NCBI GenBank assembly: GCA_900554085.1
Contig: USGA01000001.1
Span: 1 to 27,912 of the forward strand
Length of the DNA: 27,912 nucleotides
Origin: an uncultured Clostridia bacterium
GTDB taxonomy: Bacteria; Bacillota; Clostridia; Christensenellales; CAG-917
Reading direction: 5' to 3'
Of the stretch, positions 16,839 to 24,945 are shown piece by piece. Position numbers and translations under genes: made by a program. The stretch's first letter is position 1; each line of letters opens with the position of its first letter. The notes beneath the pieces were generated by a model, which did no database searches, was not told the DNA's origin, and was given only the letters and a program-made list of their open reading frames with translations.

Positions 16839-19800
16839 ATGCAAAAGTACTACATCGGATTAGACATCGGAACGGACTCTGTCGGTTGGGCTGTAACAGA
16901 CGGTGACTATAATCTTTTGAAAGCGCGCGGACACGATATGTGGGGCAGTTACCTGTTTGATGAGGCCGATTCCGCCGAAGCGCGCAGGCAATACAGAACG
17001 GCTCGCCGCAGGCAAGCAAGAGCGAGACATCGAATAGTGTTATTACAAAGTCTTTTTGCCGAGGAAATGAGCAAAGTCGACGAGCACTTCTTTTTGCGAT
17101 TGAACAACAGTCCCTTGTTTATGGAAGACAAGGATGCAAAATTGCGCTCTGCAAATGTATTGTTTGACGATAAAACATACAAAGACAAACATTATTTTGC
17201 TCAATATCCGACCGTCTACCACTTGCGCGGAGAACTTGTGAAAAATGCGCCGGACGATTTGCGCAAACTGTACATTGCCATTCATCACATAATCAAGAAC
17301 AGAGGACATTTCCTGTTCGAGGCGCAGACTTTCAATATCAACGACGAAGAAACGGTACGCGAAATTTTTTATCGTATCAATGCGTTTTTGGCCGAAAGGG
17401 GTATGGCGGAGCTGGAGCTTTTCGCGCTGGACGACGCTCTGGGGGTTATGCGCGATAAAACGCTCAACAAACGCGACAAATGCAAAAAACTTAACGAAAT
17501 TTTTGTTGTAGGGAAGAACAAACAGCAACAGGCAATGGTAAAGGCGTTTGCAGGTGCAAGCGTAAAATTGAAAGAACTGTACGACAGAGAAGAAGGACTT
17601 GACGATATAAAGGCGTTTTCTTTTGATAAGGCAACATTCGAAGAAAGCGATTTGCCTGCGATAGAAACGGCACTCGGAGAAGACGATGCCGTATTGGTAC
17701 ATTATCTGAAAGCGGCGTATGACTGGTCTGTTTTGTGCGGAATAATGAATAACCGCGAGTACATTTCTCTGGCAAAGGTCGATATATACGAAAAACACAA
17801 GTCGGACCTGGCTCGGTTGAAAAAATATGTTCGCGAAAACTGCGGGAAAGATAAGTACAGGCTGGTCTTCCGACACATCGATAAGGTCAACAATTATGCA
17901 GCCTATATCGGAATGGACAAGCAAAAGGGCTATTCCAAATGCAGTAAGGAAGAGTTTTACGCATTCCTGAAAAAAGAAATCAAAATATTTGATGAAGATA
18001 TTCTCCGAGACGTAGACAACGGGGATTTTTTGCCCAAACAGGTTTCCAACGCAAACGGAGTTATACCTTATCAACTCAATCTGCAGGAACTCGATGCCAT
18101 ACTTGAAAATGCAAAAAAGAGTTTCCCGTTCCTTGTGAAAGAAGAAAACGGAACAAGCGTTGCGGACAAAATAAGAATGTTAATGACATTCCGCATACTT
18201 TATTATGTCGGACCGCTCAACAATGACGGCAGTCATATTGCTTGGGCAGTGCGCAAAGAAGGTGCGGAGCGGGTAAGCGTTACTCCGTGGAATTTTGACG
18301 AAGTAATCGACAAAGACGCGTCGGAACAGGAATTCATACGCAGAATGACCAACAAATGCACATATCTTGTCGGCGAAGATGTACTGCCCGCGTGTTCTCT
18401 GTTGTACAGCGAATTTACATTTCTCAACGAACTCAACAATTTGAGAATAAACGGCGAAAAGGATGCCGAAGCAAAGGCGCTGATTTACGAGTACGCCAAA
18501 ACGCACAAAAGAATAACGCTGAAGAACATAGTTTCCTTGCTTGTAAGGCACGGCAAATTACCCGTCGGGAGCAAGGCGGAAGAAGTGTTAAGCGGCACGG
18601 ACGGCGATTTCAAAACATCGCTTGCGCCGTGGGTGGATTTGCAATTTTTGGGCGACAGACTATATACTCATCGTGAAATGTGCGAAGAAATTATCCTTTG
18701 GATAACGCTCATTTCCGACAAAAACAGGCTGGAAAAACGTATACGCGGCAAGTACGGAAAAATACTTGACGAAACGGAAATCAAACGGTTGAAAAATCTC
18801 AATTACACTCAATGGGGGCGGCTTTCGGAAAAACTGCTCAACGGTATTACCAGCCCCAAATGTGCGGACGAGAACGGCGAACTGTTGACGGTCATTGACG
18901 CTATGCGCGCGACGGGCGAGAACTTTATGCAGTTGATGTCCGGCAAATACGGTTTCCAAAAGGCAGTGGACGACTATAACGCAGAGAATACCCCCGGCGG
19001 GAAAGTTACGTATTCCACGGTGAAAGAACTGTACTGTTCACCGTCCGTAAAGCGCGCAATCTGGCGCAGCATCGAACTTGTGCGCGAGATTATGAGCATA
19101 TACAAATGCGCACCGCACAAAATTTTCGTGGAAACCACGCGAGAGAAAAACGACGATTCCCGAAAAGGCAAAAGAACGGTTTCGCGCAAACAGCAGTTGC
19201 TTGATTTGTACAAGAACATAAAAGACGAAGAGCGGAATTGGATTGGCGAAATAGAATCCACACCCGATACGAAGTTCAACAGCGACAAACTGGTGATGTA
19301 TTATCAGCAGTTGGGCAGAAGTATGTATTCGGGCAAGCCGATTTCGTTGAGAGATGTGTTCAACACCAATGTATGTGACATAGAGCACATCTATCCGCGC
19401 TCCAAAATCAAGGACGACAGCCTGGACAACAGAGTGTTGGTGTTGAGGACCGAAAATACTGAAAAGAGCGACAATTATCCAATAAGTGCGGAAATTCGTA
19501 CGAAGATGACGCCTTTTTGGACGGAGTTAAAAGCGCAAGGTCTTATCGGCGACAAAAAATATGCAAGACTCGTGCGCAACACACCATTGACGCAAGAAGA
19601 ACTTACGGACTTTATCAATCGACAGCTCGTATCGACTCGTCAAAGCACAAAAGCGGTAATAGAACTTTTGAAAAAGATGTTGCCCGACACGGAAATAGTA
19701 TATGCAAAAGCGGGCAATGCAAACGATTTCAAGGAAAAGAACGACATTGTCAAAGTCCGCGAACTCAACGACCTGCACCACGCAAAGGACGCCTATATCA

Positions 19801-20831
19801 ATATAGTCGTCGGCAATGTATATAACACGAAGTTCAATCACAATGCCGCAGTGTATTTCAAACAAAACGGACTCGATTCGTACAACCTTAGAAATTTGTT
19901 TGCCTACGATATAAAAGGCGCGTGGAAAGTGTCCGACAAACCCAGAATTTTGCAAACGGTGTCGAAAAACACTTGCAGAATTGTCCGTATGACCGAGCGC
20001 GGCAAAGGGAAATTGTTCGATGCCACTATAAAAACCGCAGGCACAAACGACAAACTTATTCCTTTGAAGGCAAGCGGGGCAATTTCCGACACGGCAAAAT
20101 ACGGCGGTTACGATTCTGCCGCCACGGCATATTTTATGCTTGTCAATAGCAAAGACAAAAAGGGACAGCCGCAGTTATCGTTGGAAGCATATCCGCTGAT
20201 GTGGGAAAAGCGTTTTCCGAATAGTCTCGAAGCAAAGATACAGTTCTGTAATGAAAGCGCAGGGCTTGTCGAGCCGGAAATCCTGATTGAAGAAATAAAA
20301 CTCAATACACTTATATGTATCGACGGCTCCTATGCCTATCTGCGCGGCAAAACGGGCAACCAAATCGTTCTTTGCAATGCGAATCAGCTTTATCTGGATG
20401 ACGTGAACATCCGCAGGTTGAAAACCGTTTCCAAATATATGGCAGAACGCAAGAAACTGAATAAACCCGACTTGCTTGCGGGAAGGGATGTTTCTGCCGA
20501 AAGCAATCTGATTTTATATGATGCATTGCTTGAAAAACTGAATTCACCCATTTATTCGGGGCTTGCTCTCCAGAAACAACATCCGTTCTTGACTGAAAAG
20601 AGAGAGGCATTTGCGGCGCTTTCTGTCGAACAGCAGTGCAGGGTGTTGTTTGAAGTATTGCATCTTATGCAATGCAACAGCATACCGTCAGACTTTTCTC
20701 TGTTAGAGGGCGTATCAAACGCAGGAAAAAACTTAACAAATAAATTTGTTAAAGATAAAAAAATCAAGATAATTTTGCAATCGCCGACAGGCTATTATCG
20801 CAAAATAATCGATTTTGAGCAGTTCCGATGA
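16839..20831 (+). CDS. cas9: Type II-A Cas9 (1330 aa)
   Basis: RuvC-I IGLDIGTDSVGWAV, Arg-rich bridge helix, RuvC-II FVETTRE, HNH DIEHIYPRS..DDSLDNRVLV...N, RuvC-III HHAKDAY; catalytic residues appear intact. Confidence 0.98.
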   Translation: MQKYYIGLDIGTDSVGWAVTDGDYNLLKARGHDMWGSYLFDEADSAEARRQYRTARRRQARARHRIVLLQSLFAEEMSKVDEHFFLRLNNSPLFMEDKDAKLRSANVLFDDKTYKDKHYFAQYPTVYHLRGELVKNAPDDLRKLYIAIHHIIKNRGHFLFEAQTFNINDEETVREIFYRINAFLAERGMAELELFALDDALGVMRDKTLNKRDKCKKLNEIFVVGKNKQQQAMVKAFAGASVKLKELYDREEGLDDIKAFSFDKATFEESDLPAIETALGEDDAVLVHYLKAAYDWSVLCGIMNNREYISLAKVDIYEKHKSDLARLKKYVRENCGKDKYRLVFRHIDKVNNYAAYIGMDKQKGYSKCSKEEFYAFLKKEIKIFDEDILRDVDNGDFLPKQVSNANGVIPYQLNLQELDAILENAKKSFPFLVKEENGTSVADKIRMLMTFRILYYVGPLNNDGSHIAWAVRKEGAERVSVTPWNFDEVIDKDASEQEFIRRMTNKCTYLVGEDVLPACSLLYSEFTFLNELNNLRINGEKDAEAKALIYEYAKTHKRITLKNIVSLLVRHGKLPVGSKAEEVLSGTDGDFKTSLAPWVDLQFLGDRLYTHREMCEEIILWITLISDKNRLEKRIRGKYGKILDETEIKRLKNLNYTQWGRLSEKLLNGITSPKCADENGELLTVIDAMRATGENFMQLMSGKYGFQKAVDDYNAENTPGGKVTYSTVKELYCSPSVKRAIWRSIELVREIMSIYKCAPHKIFVETTREKNDDSRKGKRTVSRKQQLLDLYKNIKDEERNWIGEIESTPDTKFNSDKLVMYYQQLGRSMYSGKPISLRDVFNTNVCDIEHIYPRSKIKDDSLDNRVLVLRTENTEKSDNYPISAEIRTKMTPFWTELKAQGLIGDKKYARLVRNTPLTQEELTDFINRQLVSTRQSTKAVIELLKKMLPDTEIVYAKAGNANDFKEKNDIVKVRELNDLHHAKDAYINIVVGNVYNTKFNHNAAVYFKQNGLDSYNLRNLFAYDIKGAWKVSDKPRILQTVSKNTCRIVRMTERGKGKLFDATIKTAGTNDKLIPLKASGAISDTAKYGGYDSAATAYFMLVNSKDKKGQPQLSLEAYPLMWEKRFPNSLEAKIQFCNESAGLVEPEILIEEIKLNTLICIDGSYAYLRGKTGNQIVLCNANQLYLDDVNIRRLKTVSKYMAERKKLNKPDLLAGRDVSAESNLILYDALLEKLNSPIYSGLALQKQHPFLTEKREAFAALSVEQQCRVLFEVLHLMQCNSIPSDFSLLEGVSNAGKNLTNKFVKDKKIKIILQSPTGYYRKIIDFEQFR

Positions 20832-21691
20832 GCTGGCGTGTTGTAGTGGTCTCGCGCCGATGCAAGCTGGAATACAAATTGGGATATCTGGTATGCAGAG
20901 GTGAAGAGACGAAAAAGGTGCACATATCCGAGATATCGTCGTTGATTATTGAGTCAACGGCGGTATCTTTGACTGCATCGTTGCTATGCGAACTTGTCAA
21001 ACGAAAAATCAATGTAGTTTTCTGCGACGAGAAACATAATCCGCAATCACAGCTAATCGCATTATACGGGAGACACGACGCAAGCGGAGTGCTGCAAACT
21101 CAACTTGCTTGGCGAGAAGAAACAAAACGAGATGTCTGGACGGAAATAGTACGACTCAAAATATTGCATCAATACAAGTTTTTACAAGATTTAGGGCTCC
21201 CGCAGGCTGATTTGCTGAAACAGTACACGGAAGAAATAAGTGCAGGAGATACTACCAATCGTGAAGGACATTCGGCAAAAGTATATTTTAACGCCCTTTT
21301 CGGAATGTCTTTCAAACGGTGCGACAAAACGTTTGTAAACAGTGCATTGAATTACGGTTATGCAGTTATGCTGTCGGCATTCAACAGAGAACTCACTGCG
21401 TGCGGATACAATACGCAGCTTGGATTAAATCACAGGAACGAGTTCAACCATTTTAATTTGTCTTGTGATTTTATAGAACCTTTCAGAGTCATTGTCGACA
21501 GATATGTGTTTGCGTGCGGGGAGGAAATGACGCCCGACTATAAGCACGAATTGTGCAACATTCTCAACTTGACGGTCAAATGCAACGGAGAAAATTGCAG
21601 TGTGTCAAATGCAATATCGGCATACTGCAGGAGCGTGTTGTCCGCCTTGCAGACGGGAGATGTTTCACAAATAAGGTGCTATGAGTTATAG
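20828..21691 (+). CDS. cas1: Type II Cas1
   Basis: [37 protein letters not shown]...FN.FNL..D.IEPFR. Confidence 0.97.
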   Translation: MSWRVVVVSRRCKLEYKLGYLVCRGEETKKVHISEISSLIIESTAVSLTASLLCELVKRKINVVFCDEKHNPQSQLIALYGRHDASGVLQTQLAWREETKRDVWTEIVRLKILHQYKFLQDLGLPQADLLKQYTEEISAGDTTNREGHSAKVYFNALFGMSFKRCDKTFVNSALNYGYAVMLSAFNRELTACGYNTQLGLNHRNEFNHFNLSCDFIEPFRVIVDRYVFACGEEMTPDYKHELCNILNLTVKCNGENCSVSNAISAYCRSVLSALQTGDVSQIRCYEL

Positions 21692-22001
21692 ATATATGAG
21701 AGTAATTGTGTTCTTCGACTTGCCGGTTGAAACGACGGCACAGATGAGAGAATATCGGGATTTCAGACGGTTTTTAATAAAAAGTGGTTTCGTTATGATG
21801 CAGGAATCCGTTTACAGCAAAATAGTTTTGAACGCCACTACTGCATCTTCGGTTATGGAAAGCGTCCGTAAACATAAGACTTCAGGGGGCCTCATACAGA
21901 TGTTGACCGTTACGGAAAAACAATTTGAAAAGATAGAAATAATCGTGGGCGAAAGTCAAAAGACCGTTATCGATTCTGATGAAAAATTGGTAGTATTATG
22001 A
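21681..22001 (+). CDS. cas2: Cas2
   Basis: [40 protein letters not shown]. Confidence 0.97.
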   Translation: MSYRYMRVIVFFDLPVETTAQMREYRDFRRFLIKSGFVMMQESVYSKIVLNATTASSVMESVRKHKTSGGLIQMLTVTEKQFEKIEIIVGESQKTVIDSDEKLVVL

Positions 22002-22666
22002 AACTTTCACACTATGATTTTGAAACAGAATTTACGCTTTCATCGGACAAAGTCAATGTGTTGGTGATTGAAGACGAGGAGAAGTTTTACAGTTATTGCT
22101 CCGAATTGAAATCCCAAATCAGTTTGGGAGAAGGCGGATTTTGTCTATTTGAAGACGAAAAATCATTGTCCTTTGCAAAATGCGCATACGTTATAGATAA
22201 CTATTTTGATGGGCATCTTAACGACAAAAAGACCGTCGGGAAATTGCATCAGACGCTCCAAGAAGAAATTGAAACGAATTTTCCCGATGATTGTTTTGCG
22301 CTGAAACAATCTTTTCAAATTGTATTTGATAAATTGGATGTCATCGCGGATTGTCCAATCGAGTATAACGATGACGAGTTGATAGGCAAATTGTTAAAAT
22401 GTTTTGATGTCAAATTGACGGAGAATAGTGATTTGCTTGAATTCTTGCTTGCAAGAATAAAAACCCAGGTAACATTTTTTAATGTAAAATGCGTGTTTTT
22501 TATCAATCTGAAGACGATTTTGAGTTCTAAACAGTTGTCCGAACTATATCACGAATTGCAATTGGAAGAAGTCAGCGCATTTCTATTGGAAAATACACTC
22601 AAAGAGAAATTGAATGGAGAATATGTAGTAGTGCTTGATAGGGATTTGTGTGAATTTGTTGTATAA
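21998..22666 (+). CDS. csn2: Csn2
   Basis: 222 aa after cas2; FINLK..L, D.DLCE C-terminus; marks subtype II-A. Confidence 0.9.
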   Translation: MKLSHYDFETEFTLSSDKVNVLVIEDEEKFYSYCSELKSQISLGEGGFCLFEDEKSLSFAKCAYVIDNYFDGHLNDKKTVGKLHQTLQEEIETNFPDDCFALKQSFQIVFDKLDVIADCPIEYNDDELIGKLLKCFDVKLTENSDLLEFLLARIKTQVTFFNVKCVFFINLKTILSSKQLSELYHELQLEEVSAFLLENTLKEKLNGEYVVVLDRDLCEFVV

Positions 22667-22756
22667 CACAAAAAATGCGCTATAATTATTTTGGATACAT
22701 CGTAAATACCGTTGACGGATTGCTGCTAATGGTGGGCAAAAATTCTCAAATTTGAG
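22667..22756 (+). promoter_or_regulatory. CRISPR leader with leader-anchoring sequence ATTTGAG
   Basis: TATAAT at 22681-22686; ends in ATTTGAG, a known II-A leader-anchoring motif, directly before repeat 1. Confidence 0.85.
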
Positions 22757-23914
22757 GTTTGAGTATGGTGTAATCCTAAACGGTAGTCAAGCCGAAATCG
22801 ATAACGTTTTCGTAATCCTTGTGTTTGAGTATGGTGTAATCCTAAACGGTAGTCAAGCAGATACTTTTGCTTTGCAAAAATCTCTTTGGTTTGAGTATGG
22901 TGTAATCCTAAACGGTAGTCAAGCTGCCGTCAAAGTAAACATACTTCTCGCGGTGTTTGAGTATGGTGTAATCCTAAACGGTAGTCAAGCGAAGTATTGC
23001 GCGCGTAAATCCGCGCTATCGTTTGAGTATGGTGTAATCCTAAACGGTAGTCAAGCCAACAGCAAGATGAACTATCTCAACTGTTAGTTTGAGTATGGTG
23101 TAATCCTAAACGGTAGTCAAGCAGCGTATTCCTTGAGCACCAAAATGATATTGTTTGAGTATGGTGTAATCCTAAACGGTAGTCAAGCACGAAAACGCAA
23201 AACTTATGCGGGTCAATCGTTTGAGTATGGTGTAATCCTAAACGGTAGTCAAGCTGAAAAATCCAAAAGTCTCAGCACCATACAGTTTGAGTATGGTGTA
23301 ATCCTAAACGGTAGTCAAGCGAGGCAAAAGAAAAGGCGCAAAAATTACTTGTTTGAGTATGGTGTAATCCTAAACGGTAGTCAAGCCTACCCTGCGCCAC
23401 ATACGCACCCGTAAAAGTTTGAGTATGATGTAATCCTAAACGGTAGTCAAACCGGAAGCGGCGGCGGCAATGCTAGCGGCAAGTTTGAGTATGGTGTAAT
23501 CCTAAACGGTAGTCAAACCAGCGTGACTTTTCCAACGCCGTGCTTGTGGTTTGAGTATGGTGTAATCCTAAACGGTAGTCAAACAGTCCAAGCGCCTGGT
23601 ATCGCGGATTGAACGTTTGAGTATGGTGTAATCCTAAACGGTAGTCAAACCCTTGCCGAACGGATAGCGCAGGGCAAGCAGTTTGAGTATGGTGTAATCC
23701 TAAACGGTAGTCAAACCGGGCGAGAGTTCCTGACGTTCTACGGCGAGTTTGAGTATGGTGTAATCCTAAACGGTAGTCAAACATTTTCATAGTCCTTCCC
23801 TGAAAGACCTCCGTTTGAGTATGGTGTAATCCTAAACGGTAGTCAAACATACCACGTTCCCACGCCGAGTGTAGAGCGGTTTGAGTATGGTGTAATTTCC
23901 AACGGTGCCATTTG
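22757..23914 (+). CRISPR. CRISPR array: 18 x 36-bp repeats, 17 x 30-bp spacers
   Basis: Repeat GTTTGAGTATGGTGTAATCCTAAACGGTAGTCAA(G/A)C at a strict 66-bp period; R1-R10 end AAGC, R11-R17 end AAAC, R11 also has G12A, R18 (23879-23914) is degenerate. Confidence 0.99.
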
Positions 23915-23997
23915 GGGCGGTTGGGTGAGTGTGCCACTCGATGTGGATTGTTTTTCGATACATTTCTACGGAAACATAAACTTGATAGTTCCAACAA

Positions 23998-24033
23998 AAA
24001 ATCCGGATTGAACAACGGTTCAATCCGGATTTT
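23998..24033 (+). terminator. Terminator downstream of the array
   Basis: AAAATCCGGATTGAAC-aacg-GTTCAATCCGGATTTT 16-bp perfect stem. Confidence 0.8.
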
Positions 24034-24117
24034 GACTGGCGGAGAGGGCGTAAAGTCAATTGAAGAATAACGAGGGAACGTAAAACAAATTAGTTGATGC
24101 CTTTCTCCGAATTTATC

Positions 24118-24166
24118 AGCCGTTTCGCCTGCCGAGTGTGGCACGGAGAGGCGGCTGTCAACGCCG
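24118..24166 (+). repeat. Direct repeat, copy 1 (49 bp)
   Basis: AGCCGTTTCGCCTGCCGAGTGTGGCACGGAGAGGCGGCTGTCAACGCCG; 48/49 identical to 27675-27723. Confidence 0.95.
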
Positions 24167-24945
24167 CAAATTATCGCTAGAACCAAAGTTTGGTAAAACT
24201 GATCGAATCTAATTTGTTTTGGAAATACAGGCTTTTAGATGTGCTCTGATTGAAACTGGAATGTGTGCCCCCCCTATTAAAAGACTTATAATAGATGTTA
24301 CGAGTGGCAGAGCGGGCAAACTGGTTTTTCAGTTACGTGACGGATTCGCACGACATTGCAGAGACAGTTTAAAGTCAGAATCGAAAAATAAAAAATTGAT
24401 TTTGCTGAGATGTTGTATTTCTGAGTATAAGTAGGTAAGGGGGTAGTTTACATCCTTTGTTCATCAGGGTGTTAGTTGTCTGTTGAGCTACTCGAATTTG
24501 ACTCCGTTTTTGATGACGATAAGTAACAGAATTAAGAAAACATTCTTAATTTTCAAAAACAAATGGACGGACGTTCTGTTTGCTTAACAAATCCAAGAAC
24601 CTCAAAATGAAGTATGAATTTTTGAGGGAAGCCATCTACGCATTAAACATATTTATGTGCCAATTTATGTGCCAAACAGCGCAACATTAATACATATCGT
24701 AGCCCATAGTAATTTATCGACCATTGCGCTACTCGCAAATGAGCGAACAACAGTAACCATTAGAATGCAACACAACAAACCCTACCATCAAAGAATTTGG
24801 TAATGGCAAGTTGGGAAAATTATCAAACACATACAATGTTTGTCGATTAAGTTTAAACACTAACCAATATCCATATTGCTCCTTGCTTTTATATTACTAC
24901 TATAATGTGAACTTACTACACAAATATTACAATATTTGATCTTTG

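Noticed and set aside
23849..23878. Spacer 17 shares CGCCGAGTGT with the direct-repeat core (27687-27696)
   Set aside because: Only 9-10 contiguous nt, and the PAM-proximal 3' end does not match; consistent with chance. I found no full self-targeting spacer in the window by eye.
22752..24186. Repetitive ORFs (FEYGVILNGSQ / FDYRLGLHHTQT) across the array
   Set aside because: Artefact of the 66-bp (multiple of 3) CRISPR period with stop-free repeat frames.
24190..24220. TTGGTAAAAC...TTGTTTT resembling the ECF promoter motif
   Set aside because: Spacing differs, the TCGATTGTT/TATACG part is missing, and no credible gene lies downstream.
24219..24434. 71-aa ORF, and the 69-aa ORF at 27636-27845
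   Set aside because: Non-ATG starts, no clear RBS, no recognisable motif; they overlap the repeat/hairpin elements.
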